Positions 38,490 to 48,906 of a DNA stretch of 64,000 nt are shown here, in pieces. Made by a program: the position numbers and the translations under genes. This DNA comes from an uncultured Candidatus Saccharibacteria bacterium (GTDB lineage: Bacteria; Patescibacteriota; Dojkabacteria; J137): NCBI GenBank assembly GCA_965230975.1, contig OZ246402.1, positions 509,009 to 573,008 on the forward strand, given 5' to 3'. Under the pieces are notes generated by a model. That model saw only the letters and a list, made by a program, of their open reading frames with translations, did not search any database and was not told the origin of the DNA. Each line of letters opens with the position of its first letter. The stretch's first letter is position 1.

Positions 38490-39578
38490 ATGCAAAAAGT
38501 ATTAATAGTAGTACCTTATTCTCATCCTTCTAAATGCGGAATTTGGAATAGAGCTTGGTCTGACGCCAAGTTTCTAAAGTCACAAGGTTTTGATGTAACA
38601 ATATTTTCGTCAAATGTTATTAAAGGTACAAAAATGCGTTCCGGCTGCTTTGAAAACTTTGAAGGAATAAATATTAGGAGGTTTAAAGTTCAATTTTCTT
38701 TTGGTGGTACATCAATGTTTTGGTTCTTTCCAAGATGGTTCATTAAGTTAAGTCCAAATATTGTCCATGTACATGGTTATAGACACCCACATAGTTTACA
38801 AGCTTTAATTCTTTCAAAATTATTTAATAAAAAAGTCTTTATAACTACTCACGCTCCGTTCGAAAAAGATAACAGCAGATCTTGGCTATTAAAACTTATA
38901 GATGCTCTGTACGATATTTTTATTGGATGGTGGGAATTAAGGCTTTACAAAAAAGTAATTAGGATTTCAAAATGGGAAGAAAAATATCTAATCAAATTAG
39001 GTGTTAAGAGCAGTATCTATATACCTAATGGAATCTCTCCAATATTCACTGATTCTAAAAATCCAGTATCTGCAAAACCTTTAAACAAAGCAATTTTTAT
39101 GGGACGAATTGACCCTATAAAAAGACTAGAGTGGATAAAATATGCCGCAACAAAATTACCACAAATAAACTTTTTAATAAGAGGCCCTTTAGATGGTTAT
39201 GATACTTTCGATTCTGATACAAGTAACTTGATCATAAATCCAGAAAAATATGAGCATTTAGATTTTAAAAATGAATTGGCAAAAGCAGATCTTTATATTT
39301 TACCAAGCGTTAGAGAGGCTTTGCCTTTTACATTGCTAGAAGCTATGAGCCAGGGTGTAATTGCATTATCAAGTGCAAGCAAAGGTGGAATAGAAGTAAT
39401 TGAAGATGGTGTTAATGGATTTATATTTAATTCAAAAGATGAGTTAGTTAGTAAAATTGAATATATATATGCTAATTGGAATATTACAAAACAAATAAGA
39501 GATAATGCAGAAAAGACATCTCTTGATTATAAACTTGATAAAATTAATGCATTGTTGCAAGATCTATACAGTTTATAA
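38490..39578 (+). CDS. glycosyltransferase family 4
   Basis: GT4 E-x7-E motif (REALPFTLLEAMSQGVIAL). 362 aa. Confidence 0.75.
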   Translation: MQKVLIVVPYSHPSKCGIWNRAWSDAKFLKSQGFDVTIFSSNVIKGTKMRSGCFENFEGINIRRFKVQFSFGGTSMFWFFPRWFIKLSPNIVHVHGYRHPHSLQALILSKLFNKKVFITTHAPFEKDNSRSWLLKLIDALYDIFIGWWELRLYKKVIRISKWEEKYLIKLGVKSSIYIPNGISPIFTDSKNPVSAKPLNKAIFMGRIDPIKRLEWIKYAATKLPQINFLIRGPLDGYDTFDSDTSNLIINPEKYEHLDFKNELAKADLYILPSVREALPFTLLEAMSQGVIALSSASKGGIEVIEDGVNGFIFNSKDELVSKIEYIYANWNITKQIRDNAEKTSLDYKLDKINALLQDLYSL

Positions 39579-39658
39579 ATCTACAGTTCAAACCAACTAG
39601 TTTTATAAAAATATGTTTACCTGTTAAAATAGACCTACTAATTTATTAAAAACTTAAT

Positions 39659-40318
39659 ATGAAAATACCTGCATTTGTTTGGATAATAGGTTTCTTTGTT
39701 ATTGGAGGTGGTTTATTAATTTTTTTGAATTCTAATAAAAACAAAGTTAACAGTGATTTAAAAGGTACTTTGCCTGTTCAAATAGAAGTCTATTCTGACT
39801 ATAACTGTCCACACTGCGCTGACTTTTCTCCATTTGTAGACGAAGTTGCATCAACTTTTGCAGATAAAGTTAATATAACTCTTAAACATGCAGCCTTTTT
39901 GGCACCTAGTTCATCTTCTTATGCATATGCCGCAGAAGCAGCTAGGGAACAAGGTAAATTTAATGAGTTTAATCACGCACTATTTGCATGGGTTTCATTT
40001 ACAAGAGATTCTGCTAATACAAACTTTTCATATACAGAAGATGAAAAATCTTTTTATTCGCAAGCAGTGGATGTTACAAAATTGGCAGAAAGATTAGGTT
40101 TAGATTTAGCAAAATTTGACACAGATAGAAAAAGTTCTACAATCGTTAATAGAGTTTTAGATCAAAAGGCTGAGTTAGAAGATAGAATGGGTTCTGTATC
40201 TACACCTGCAGTATTTATTTATGGAGAGCAATTCTCCTTAAGTACATATAATGATTTAAAAACAAAAGTTCAAGAATTAATTACACAAGCAGAATCAAAT
40301 AATAATGAGACTAAATAG
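39659..40318 (+). CDS. DsbA-like thioredoxin-fold thiol:disulfide oxidoreductase
   Basis: N-terminal TM. CPHC active-site motif (YSDYNCPHCADF). Confidence 0.65.
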   Translation: MKIPAFVWIIGFFVIGGGLLIFLNSNKNKVNSDLKGTLPVQIEVYSDYNCPHCADFSPFVDEVASTFADKVNITLKHAAFLAPSSSSYAYAAEAAREQGKFNEFNHALFAWVSFTRDSANTNFSYTEDEKSFYSQAVDVTKLAERLGLDLAKFDTDRKSSTIVNRVLDQKAELEDRMGSVSTPAVFIYGEQFSLSTYNDLKTKVQELITQAESNNNETK

Positions 40319-41057
40319 ATTTTATACAGAGCGACAAAATTTAAGAATTAATAGTAGTGTAAAGCTACCTGATTCTGATATAGATCATATTAGAAAAGTT
40401 TTAAGGTTACAAAGTGGAGATAAAGTAATAATTTTTAACGGTGTAGAAGAGTACTTGGCAGAGTTAAAACTTGTAACAAGAGAGTTTGTTACTGCAAAAT
40501 TGGTAGAGCTTTTAAAAACTGAAAAGAATAGTACAAAAGAAACTCAGGTTACTATATTTCAAGGTTTATTAAGAGCTGGAAAATTTGATTTAATAATAGA
40601 AAAACTTACAGAAATAGGAATAGATAATATTATTCCGGTAGAATGCGAATTTTCACAAACCAAAAAAGAGAACGCGGCTGCCAAAGTTTCAAGGTGGTCT
40701 AAGGTTGCTTTGGCAGCCGCGAAACAATCTGAAAGAATATCTTTACCATTAGTTTTAGATCCAATTGATTTTAAAGACATCTTAAAAGTTAAAAATGACT
40801 TTGATAAAGTCTTAATGTTTACATTGCCCCGAAATAATATTAAAGAATCTTTAGATGCAATTGAACTTTCAAAAGATGTTATAGGTACTGCCAAAAATGT
40901 AGCAGTTTTAATTGGCCCTGAAGGAGGCTTTTCTCCCACAGAGCACAAAATCGCAACAGAAAATGGTTTTACCTTGGTTAAATCTAGCGATAGTGTTTTA
41001 AGAAGTGAAACTGCTGCGATTGTTTTTTCTGCAATAGTAAAGTTTCTATTAAAATAA
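40305..41057 (+). CDS. rsmE: 16S rRNA (uracil1498-N3)-methyltransferase
   Basis: 250 aa. RsmE signature LIGPEGGFSPTE. Confidence 0.75.
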   Translation: MRLNRFYTERQNLRINSSVKLPDSDIDHIRKVLRLQSGDKVIIFNGVEEYLAELKLVTREFVTAKLVELLKTEKNSTKETQVTIFQGLLRAGKFDLIIEKLTEIGIDNIIPVECEFSQTKKENAAAKVSRWSKVALAAAKQSERISLPLVLDPIDFKDILKVKNDFDKVLMFTLPRNNIKESLDAIELSKDVIGTAKNVAVLIGPEGGFSPTEHKIATENGFTLVKSSDSVLRSETAAIVFSAIVKFLLK

Positions 41058-41148
41058 AGTCCCATTTAATGCTGGAAATCTTTTATAAATTCACCTAAAC
41101 TTTACTTAGGCTTATTTACAATATTTGTAAATTATTATCAAAGATTCT

Positions 41149-41595
41149 ATGCATCAAAATAAACAAATTAAAATTCCATTACTTATTGGAGGGCTAGTTT
41201 TAATAATCACTTTGGGTTTTGGCATTGGTGTTGCCTTATCTGTTTCAAAAAATATAAGTACTTTAACGTCTAATACATCTAGCTCTTTATTAAATACTTA
41301 CAAAGATGGGACATATACGGCTAATGGAAGTTATAGAACACCAGGTGGGACAGAAAGCATTGATGTAACTGTTTCGATCAAAAATCAAATAATCACCTCT
41401 GTTCAAGTTTCCGATAAAGCTACAGAAGAAATATCTCAAAAATATAACCAAAAGTTTATTAAGGGTATTAGTGGTGTAGTAGTAGGTAAGTCAATAACTA
41501 CTAATTTCGCTCCAAGAGTTGTTAATGGTGCATCAATAACTATTAATGGCTTTGATAAAGCACTAAGTGCTATTAGAACCCAAGCCTTAAATTAA
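41149..41595 (+). CDS. membrane-anchored FMN-binding domain protein (flavinylation substrate)
   Basis: YKDGTYTANGSYRTPGGTESIDVTVSIKNQIITSVQV plus C-terminal VNGASITINGFDKALSAIRTQA. These match the FMN_bind domain, including the [S/T]GA[S/T] flavin-attachment region. Confidence 0.65.
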   Translation: MHQNKQIKIPLLIGGLVLIITLGFGIGVALSVSKNISTLTSNTSSSLLNTYKDGTYTANGSYRTPGGTESIDVTVSIKNQIITSVQVSDKATEEISQKYNQKFIKGISGVVVGKSITTNFAPRVVNGASITINGFDKALSAIRTQALN

Positions 41596-42470
41596 TGTTT
41601 AAATTTGATTTTTTTGGAATCGGCACTGGTTGGTTTATAGATATAGATGTAAATGCTACACCTTTACAAATCACAATCTCCAATAAAGTTATAAATATAG
41701 TAAAAGAATTTGAAGATAGCTATTCTCGTTTTAAAGACACCTCTTTAATTGGTAAATTAAATATTGAAAAGTCTTTAAAAAACCCACCTTTAGAACTAAT
41801 TCAAATGATAAAAATGGCCCAAGATTTGAAAGACGTAACTTTAGGGTCCTTTGACATTATGGTAGGTAAACGACTTTCGGATAATGGCTATGATAAAGAA
41901 TTAAGCTTTAAAAACAAAATCTCTAATAATAATCTAAACAAACTGGTTAGTTTTTCAAAAAAGCAGATTGTTTTGCAAGAAAATGGGTTGATGGATTTAG
42001 GTGGAATAGGCAAAGGGTTTTTAATAGACAAGGTCAGTAGTTACTTAACAAGTGAGCAAATTAATAATTTTGTTGTAAATGCTGGTGGGGACATTTTTTG
42101 TAAATCAGAAAACTTTAATAAATTTTATTTAGAAAACCCGTTTGATAATAGCCAGGCCATTGGTGAGATAGACTTAAAAAATGGAGGTATTGCATGTTCA
42201 TCTTCTAGTAAGAGAAGCTGGAAATCCGGCACGCGGCAATTTCACCACCTAATTGATATGAATAGTGGGGAGACAGTTAATGAAATTGCCGCGGTCTTTA
42301 CTTACGGTAAAAATGCACTAAATACAGATTTAGGATCTACAGCAATCTTTGTATCTGATTCTAAATGTTGGTTTAACATTAGCAAGTTTTTAGATATTGA
42401 GTTCTTAGTAGTCTTTAGTGATGGAAAATATTTCCAAACTGAGAATTATCCAGGTAGAATGTACAGGTAG
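41595..42470 (+). CDS. apbE: ApbE-family FAD:protein FMN transferase
   Basis: DLGGIGKGFLIDKV (ApbE DLGGIAKGYAVD motif) and FHHLIDMNSGETV (HHIIDPRTG-like). Confidence 0.65.
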   Translation: MFKFDFFGIGTGWFIDIDVNATPLQITISNKVINIVKEFEDSYSRFKDTSLIGKLNIEKSLKNPPLELIQMIKMAQDLKDVTLGSFDIMVGKRLSDNGYDKELSFKNKISNNNLNKLVSFSKKQIVLQENGLMDLGGIGKGFLIDKVSSYLTSEQINNFVVNAGGDIFCKSENFNKFYLENPFDNSQAIGEIDLKNGGIACSSSSKRSWKSGTRQFHHLIDMNSGETVNEIAAVFTYGKNALNTDLGSTAIFVSDSKCWFNISKFLDIEFLVVFSDGKYFQTENYPGRMYR

Positions 42471-42503
42471 AAGCTTTTTTAGTAAATATTATTTTTTTGA
42501 AAT

Positions 42504-43823
42504 ATGCAGAAAGGTAAAACAATTCTTTTAATATTAATGCTAATTAGCATTGTACCCATCTTTTTTGTTGCTTTTAATCTTTTAAATATTGGCGCCTACG
42601 ATGCAGAGGAGATGATTTTGTTTGTTGGTTCGTTCTTTGGTTTAATCGCTTTTATGATTATGTGGTGGCAATATGTGCTTGGCGCAAGATTTAGTGCTAC
42701 TATATTTACAAGAGACTATTTGTGGGTCAATAAAATTCATAAACTTTTGGGCAAGTATGGATTTTTACTGATTTTAGTTCACCCAATTTTAATTTACTTA
42801 GACAGAATTGTTTATGGATTAGGAATCACCCTTCCCAATTTAGCGCTAGATTATGATAGACATGTTTTTTTGGGCCAGCTAACTATTGGCGTTTTAGGCG
42901 GTGTATGGTTAATGAGTGCAATAATTCGAGATAAATTCAGTTATAGATTTTGGAAACGTGTACATTTATTTACTTACCCTCTCTTGTTTTTAATATTTTT
43001 ACATAGCATTGCAATTGGATCTTTCTTGTCTCACTCTACAAGTGCATGGTTTAGTTACTATTGGTATCTGTTATTTATAATCTTCGTATTAATCACGGTT
43101 GGAAGATTATTATTTCAATTTGGAATAATTAAAGCAAAGTATAGAGTGATTGAAGTTAATCAATTAACACATGATACTTTTACATTAAAACTAGAGCCAA
43201 TTAATAATCGTATTGAGCCTCAAAACGGGCAATTTGTGTATATTCAGCATTCGCTTACTGGAGAGTCTCACCCTTATACAGTATCTAAATTTAACCCAAT
43301 AACCGGAGAATTACACATCAGTACAAAAAATTTGGGTAAGTTTAGTTTAGAGCTTCAATCATTAAAAACTGGTGCAATAGTTTATTTAGATGGTCCATAC
43401 GGTGTTTTTACTAAAGAGGCTTATCTAACAAGTTCTCCAATCGTTTTAATTGCTGGTGGTATTGGAATAACTCCATTCGTAAGATTAATAGAGTATTTTG
43501 TTGCTAACCCAGATAAGAATCCTGGAATAACATTATTTTATGGTAATAAAAGTGAAGAAGACATTGCTTTTAAAGAATTAGTAGATACTTTTCAACCAGA
43601 AAAGTTTAAAGTTATTCATGTATTGAGTTTGCAAGAATCAGTTCCAGATGGCTATGAAAAAGGTTTTATTACAGCAAGTTTGGTAAAAGATTATTTAACA
43701 TCACTTGAGTCAAGAAAATTCTTTTTGTGTGGCCCACCGGTAATGGTTGCTAAATTAGTACCCGATTTACTAAATGCGGGTATCTCAAAAGATTCTATAT
43801 ATTCTGAAAAGTTCAGTATGTAG
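42504..43823 (+). CDS. ferric-reductase-like transmembrane oxidoreductase with FAD/NAD(P)-binding domain (NOX/FRE family)
   Basis: N-terminal TM domain with His pairs (LVHPILIYL, VHLFTYPLLFLIFLHS). FAD motif HPYTVS. NAD motif IAGGIGITP. C-terminal CGPPVM. Confidence 0.7.
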   Translation: MQKGKTILLILMLISIVPIFFVAFNLLNIGAYDAEEMILFVGSFFGLIAFMIMWWQYVLGARFSATIFTRDYLWVNKIHKLLGKYGFLLILVHPILIYLDRIVYGLGITLPNLALDYDRHVFLGQLTIGVLGGVWLMSAIIRDKFSYRFWKRVHLFTYPLLFLIFLHSIAIGSFLSHSTSAWFSYYWYLLFIIFVLITVGRLLFQFGIIKAKYRVIEVNQLTHDTFTLKLEPINNRIEPQNGQFVYIQHSLTGESHPYTVSKFNPITGELHISTKNLGKFSLELQSLKTGAIVYLDGPYGVFTKEAYLTSSPIVLIAGGIGITPFVRLIEYFVANPDKNPGITLFYGNKSEEDIAFKELVDTFQPEKFKVIHVLSLQESVPDGYEKGFITASLVKDYLTSLESRKFFLCGPPVMVAKLVPDLLNAGISKDSIYSEKFSM

Positions 43824-43926
43824 TTAAGAATTTTATATAATTATTTAATTAATTTGCCAGAGAATTTTTGATTTGTATATCAACAATTGTAACGTAATTA
43901 TAACTTTTTAAATATCTAAAAGGTAC

Positions 43927-44661
43927 CTAGTTATAATCCTGTTTTGAAAGTATTAAATAGAGTTCTTCAACTCCATCTATTTTTTTAGTTATACAATCTA
44001 ACCTATTTAACTTTGCGAGTTTATTGATTTCATCTAAACTCCAATATCTTTGTTTTATATAACTTGTTTGTGTATCTTTTAAAATACCATTTTTAAAAAA
44101 TGATATTGTTTCTTTAGATATTGAAGTGTTTGTTCTTTTGTTATATTTAAATGTTTTCCATTCGCCTTCAAGGCTATTATTGTTGAAAGACTGCATTGTT
44201 TTAAAGTTGAATTCGGAAGGGTTAACTTTTTTAGAATCATCAATATTAATTAGTATTTTCCCATTTGTTTTTAATAATTTGCTAAGTATTTTTAGTAACC
44301 TAATCGCATCTTTTTTTGTAACAGCAATTTCGTTAAAAGTATTCCACATTAAAATTATTAAATCATACTTTTGTTTGGTTTTAAATGTATAAATATTCTT
44401 GTTGATTACGTAAATGTTATGATTGCCATTATTTAGTTCACGTAACATTCCGTGAGACGAGTCTACTAGTGTTACTTTAAAACCAAGCTGGGCAAGTATT
44501 TTTGCGTGTCTTCCAGTTCCTCCACCTACATCTAAAATCTTAGAATTTGGCTTAGTAATGAAATTAATTAAAGATACTTCTGATTCCGTAAGTTCTTTAG
44601 GTCTTAATGCTGAGTATAGTTGGTTATAATATTTTGAGGTAGCTTCGTTTGAATTAATCAT
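43927..44661 (-). CDS. class I SAM-dependent methyltransferase
   Basis: Motif I ILDVGGGTGRHA. 244 aa. Confidence 0.7.
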   Translation of the reverse strand: MINSNEATSKYYNQLYSALRPKELTESEVSLINFITKPNSKILDVGGGTGRHAKILAQLGFKVTLVDSSHGMLRELNNGNHNIYVINKNIYTFKTKQKYDLIILMWNTFNEIAVTKKDAIRLLKILSKLLKTNGKILINIDDSKKVNPSEFNFKTMQSFNNNSLEGEWKTFKYNKRTNTSISKETISFFKNGILKDTQTSYIKQRYWSLDEINKLAKLNRLDCITKKIDGVEELYLILSKQDYN

Positions 44662-44681
44662 ATTAGTTAAATAACAAAATA

Positions 44682-45782
44682 CTAATCTTCAAACATCTCA
44701 CTTGCAGGAAAGTAATTAATTTCAGAAATATAATTGGCATTTGCAAAAATCATAGCAACTCTATCTAGTCCCATTCCAATGCCTGCAACTTCAGGCATTC
44801 CCGACTTTAAAGCATTAACCAAATCATGGTCAAATGCAATCTCTTTTAGTCCTAATTCTTTCCGTGCTTGTTGTTCTATTAAAAATCTTTTCTCTTGTTC
44901 TTCTCCATCAAGTAATTCTGTGTATCCATTTGCAACCTCTTTGCCTGCAATGTATAGTTCTACTTTTTCACAAACAAGTGGGTTTTCGGTATTCTCTTTA
45001 GTAAGAGGGCACATTATTTTTGGATAGTTGTAAATAAATACAGGTTTATCTTGTGGAATTGTATCTTCAATTTCACTTGTAAATAGTAATTCAAAAATGA
45101 GTTGCCAATCATCTTGCTCTGAAACGTTATAACCTCTGTTTTTTGCAAATGCCAGTAAGTTTCTGTAATCATAAATTTCTGAAAGTTCAACTCCTAAAAC
45201 TTCTTTTACTTTGTCTGGAATTGATATTCTGTACCACCCTTTATTAAAGTCTATTTCCTGGTTTTTGTATTTTAGTTTTAATTGGCATTGGTGTGAGTCA
45301 ATCTCTTCAAAAGATAATTTAGATAGTTCACTTAAAGACTTTGTTTTTGCTAAGTCTAAAAATTTCAAAATGAAGATAATTAAGTTTTCGCAGTCATCCA
45401 TTAGCCATTTATAATTTTCTCCTAATTCGTACCACTCCATCATTGTAAATTCTGGAGAATGGTTAGGGCTTATTTCTTCTAACCCTCTAACAACTTTCGT
45501 TATTACAAAGTGGTTTCCTAAGCCTGCAGCTAAGATCTTTTTATTAAATGTTTCTGTGGTTGGTACTATATATCCTTTTAAAGTTTTATTTCTTAGTTCT
45601 ATATTTGTTTCTAAAACATCTAAATATCTTTCTTGAGGCAGGGCAGAGGTTATTATTGGGCTTTCTAATTCGTGATAGTTTTTGTGTTCAAAATATTTTC
45701 GGCATGCTTTAATTATGTATTCTTTTACATAATATCTTGGGAATAATGAGGGGTCTTTTTTTAAAAGTTGCCAGGTTTTCAT
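44682..45782 (-). CDS. epmA: EF-P lysine-34 lysyltransferase (truncated class II LysRS paralog, PoxA/GenX)
   Basis: Lacks an anticodon-binding domain. HSPEFTMMEWY matches EpmA HNPEFTMLEWY. Class II motif 3 GIGMGLDRVAMI. Adjacent to efp. Confidence 0.7.
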   Translation of the reverse strand: MKTWQLLKKDPSLFPRYYVKEYIIKACRKYFEHKNYHELESPIITSALPQERYLDVLETNIELRNKTLKGYIVPTTETFNKKILAAGLGNHFVITKVVRGLEEISPNHSPEFTMMEWYELGENYKWLMDDCENLIIFILKFLDLAKTKSLSELSKLSFEEIDSHQCQLKLKYKNQEIDFNKGWYRISIPDKVKEVLGVELSEIYDYRNLLAFAKNRGYNVSEQDDWQLIFELLFTSEIEDTIPQDKPVFIYNYPKIMCPLTKENTENPLVCEKVELYIAGKEVANGYTELLDGEEQEKRFLIEQQARKELGLKEIAFDHDLVNALKSGMPEVAGIGMGLDRVAMIFANANYISEINYFPASEMFED

Positions 45783-45825
45783 GGTTTTAAATTAAAAAGG
45801 CTGGTGTTACCCAGCCGATTCAAAA

Positions 45826-46383
45826 TTATGCTTTAGAAAAGTATGTTCCAGTTTCTGTATTTATAATGATCTTTTCTCCTTTTTTAATAAACAATGGCAC
45901 TTGTACTTTTAATCCTGTTTCTAATGTTGCTTCTTTTGATGCGTTTGTTGCTGTGTCTCCTTTTACTGCATCAAATGTGTCTGTAATTTGTAATGTAATT
46001 TTTTGTGGTAATTGTACGTAAATCACTTCTCCATTGTAAAAAGACATTATGTATTTTGATTCTGTGTGTAGGTAATCTGTTCCACCTGGGATTGTGTCTA
46101 ATGGTAAAGAGATTTGTTCGTATGTTTCTTGATCCATAAAGTATGCATCATTTCCATCTACATAAACATATTGCATAGATCTTGTTTCTACATCTAATTC
46201 TTCTACCTTTTCACCAGATTTAAATACGGCTTCAAAGAATTTTCCAGTTTTGATATTTTTTAATCTACATCTGTTAAAAGCAGAACCTTTTCCCATTGCT
46301 TTAAATTCTTTTTCTACTAATATGTGAGGTTCGTTGTTGTATTCAATTATCATTCCTCTGTATAGTTCTGTTGTACCTGCCAT
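45826..46383 (-). CDS. efp: elongation factor P
   Basis: 185 aa. The KAMGKGSAFNRCRLKN loop retains the modifiable Lys in GKG. Three-domain length. Confidence 0.85.
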   Translation of the reverse strand: MAGTTELYRGMIIEYNNEPHILVEKEFKAMGKGSAFNRCRLKNIKTGKFFEAVFKSGEKVEELDVETRSMQYVYVDGNDAYFMDQETYEQISLPLDTIPGGTDYLHTESKYIMSFYNGEVIYVQLPQKITLQITDTFDAVKGDTATNASKEATLETGLKVQVPLFIKKGEKIIINTETGTYFSKA

Positions 46384-46560
46384 TTAATTTAATTAATATT
46401 TAATATTGCCTTGGCAAGCTGTAAATACAAACCTTTGGTTAGATTGTAGTATTTACTGTCTGCCAAATAGGGCTTTGGAATTATAGCAAATTAAATGCTT
46501 CTAATCTATTGTATCTTAAAGAGATCCGGTTATTTATGTTCTCAAATTTACTTATTTATT

Positions 46561-48822
46561 TTAAGTGTTTTGTGGCGCTATTGCCGTTTCTATTACTTTG
46601 TGTAAGGGTAGTTTTACTGTAAAGGTTGATCCTTGGCCAACTTCACTTTTTATATCTATTGTTCCTTTCATCATTCTTATTAAATTGAAGACTACATATA
46701 ATCCTATTCCTGTGCCACCCGGTCTTATTATGTTTAGTTTTTCGTCATTATCTTGTAAATATGGGTTTACTCTAAAGAACTTTTTACCAAGGTTTGGTAT
46801 TGCTTCTGCAGGGATTCCCTCTCCTGTATCAGATATTGCTATTATTCCAAAGTTATCGTCTTTTGTTAGAGTTATTTTTATCTCTCCTTTTTGGGTGTAC
46901 TTTATAGCATTACTTACTAGGTTATCTATTATTTCTTGTACTTGATCTCTTCCTCCTGTTACAAATAGCTCTTCTGCTGGAACTTCAGCGTAGAGTTTTA
47001 GACCTTTTTTTTCTGCTTCTGAGTCATTTCCATCGATTGCATCGTTTATTGCATCTTTTATGTCAACTTTTTCAAATATTATTTGTAGTCTGTTGTTTTC
47101 TATTCTGGTAGAAGAGAGCACTGTTTCCAATATTTTTACTTCTCGTCTTATGTTTTCTGTAGCTTTTTCTAGCAGATGAGTAAGTTGTGTTTGTGTTTCT
47201 GTCTCATGGATTTTTGCCATAGATGCTTGCATCATTAAGATAGCGTTTCTTGCTATGCTTAAAGGAGTTCTAAGCTCATGACCTAAAATATCCATCATAT
47301 CCTTTTCCCGACGAAGTTGCTCTTGAAGCTGGGTGTTCTTTTCTTGAAGCTGCTTGGTGGCTAGCTCGACTTCAGTTTTAAGTTTCTGATTAAATTCTTG
47401 AACTTGCTCATATAATTTTGACCGAGCAAAGGCAACTCCAGTTATTTGTGTTATGCTGCTAATAAAGTCTAATTGAGTACTGTTATAAGGATAACGAGAC
47501 GATCTCTCTCCTATAACTAGGACCCCAATCAGTTCATGGGGGTCTAGTATTGGAATTATAAGCTTTATTGAATGTAATTCCATAATGCTCATTAATCCAA
47601 TAATAAATTCTGATTCTGTTTTGAAGTAATTTGGTATCTCAATATTTAGCTGGTCTAGGTCTATGATTTTAAAAAAAGTTTTTCTCCAAAAATCTATAAT
47701 TTCTTCGATTGGTATGTTCTTTAGATCTATTGCTTTGGTATTTAGAATTTCTTGTAATTTCTCATTATAATTAGATTTGTAGTAGATTACTGTAAAGTTA
47801 GGTCTTATAGTCTTATTCAAGATATACTCTAATCTAGAGGCTATTTCATCTGAGTCTAGCTTGGTACTTATTGTTATATTGTATTCTGCTATTTCTTCTG
47901 TAGGGTCATAGCCTGGATTGATAATACGGGTTGTTACATTTTTTTGTAGGTTTTTCTTAAACCAGTCATAGAAAGTTAAGAATCCAAAGGCAACCGGTAT
48001 CCCAGTTAAAAGTGCGTTTATGCTTGTTGCATTACCCCATAGGAGAATATCAATATAATATGAAAAGTAGAATGCAACAATGATTATAGCTGTTAGTAAT
48101 GAAAAATAAGCTAGTCTTCCTATTACGATACGTGCTTCAAACAATCTATACCCTAAAATCCCATATGTTATAGCTACATTGATCGGTATGCTAGTATAAA
48201 TACCCAGATATGAATACTTCGAATTGCCTACAACCAAAGGAATTACAACATTTGTAAAAAGTGCCGAGAAGATTGTTAGTATTATACCTAAATAAATTAT
48301 ATTAATTGAATTTTTTGATTTTGAAGAAGCTTCTTTTCTATGTCCAGAGATGTTTTTTAGGATAAGCAAGGTATTGATTATTATATAAAGAATTACTAGT
48401 ATATAACCTGGACCATAAAATATTTTTCTTATTGTAACGTCAATATTTTCTACCACTAGATTAGTACCTATACTAATCAAGCTAAGAATTAAGCCACATA
48501 CAAGATTAACTCCAATAAGCCATAACTTTATTTGTTGGTGTTTTCTTATATCTTCATGCCTGAAAGCATAAGTGAAACAGTACAGATTTCCAATAAGTAA
48601 TGGTGCTGCAACCCAAATAAATCTAGAGGATATATAGGCAGTAGATATGTTACTCGTGGAAGTGAAGCTGTAAAGACTTATTACCCAAACAATACTTGTA
48701 ATTATTAGAAAAGTGAAGAAAAGCCCGCTTAAACGTTTATTTACTAGAAAGTGCCTTGCGGATATAAATATAAAACTGAGAAAAAGCGCAATAATTAAAT
48801 ACAATGCTATCTCGAGTAACAT
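46561..48822 (-). CDS. sensor histidine kinase with N-terminal 7-8 TM sensor module
   Basis: ~300 aa of TM helices. A middle GAF-like region. H-box ILGHELRTPL. HATPase_c with ISDTGEGIP ... GGTGIGL. Confidence 0.8.
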   Translation of the reverse strand: MLLEIALYLIIALFLSFIFISARHFLVNKRLSGLFFTFLIITSIVWVISLYSFTSTSNISTAYISSRFIWVAAPLLIGNLYCFTYAFRHEDIRKHQQIKLWLIGVNLVCGLILSLISIGTNLVVENIDVTIRKIFYGPGYILVILYIIINTLLILKNISGHRKEASSKSKNSINIIYLGIILTIFSALFTNVVIPLVVGNSKYSYLGIYTSIPINVAITYGILGYRLFEARIVIGRLAYFSLLTAIIIVAFYFSYYIDILLWGNATSINALLTGIPVAFGFLTFYDWFKKNLQKNVTTRIINPGYDPTEEIAEYNITISTKLDSDEIASRLEYILNKTIRPNFTVIYYKSNYNEKLQEILNTKAIDLKNIPIEEIIDFWRKTFFKIIDLDQLNIEIPNYFKTESEFIIGLMSIMELHSIKLIIPILDPHELIGVLVIGERSSRYPYNSTQLDFISSITQITGVAFARSKLYEQVQEFNQKLKTEVELATKQLQEKNTQLQEQLRREKDMMDILGHELRTPLSIARNAILMMQASMAKIHETETQTQLTHLLEKATENIRREVKILETVLSSTRIENNRLQIIFEKVDIKDAINDAIDGNDSEAEKKGLKLYAEVPAEELFVTGGRDQVQEIIDNLVSNAIKYTQKGEIKITLTKDDNFGIIAISDTGEGIPAEAIPNLGKKFFRVNPYLQDNDEKLNIIRPGGTGIGLYVVFNLIRMMKGTIDIKSEVGQGSTFTVKLPLHKVIETAIAPQNT

Positions 48823-48906
48823 GATTTAGTACTAAAAGATTGTAATAGAATTCTACAAGAAATATTGAATTTAAGGAAGTATATTCTATAATTTCCTTAA
48901 TCAAAG

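Noticed and set aside
46384-46560. TTGCC-tt-GGCAA hairpin between the histidine kinase and efp, considered as a terminator or ncRNA
   Set aside because: Short 5-bp stem without a convincing U-tract on either strand.
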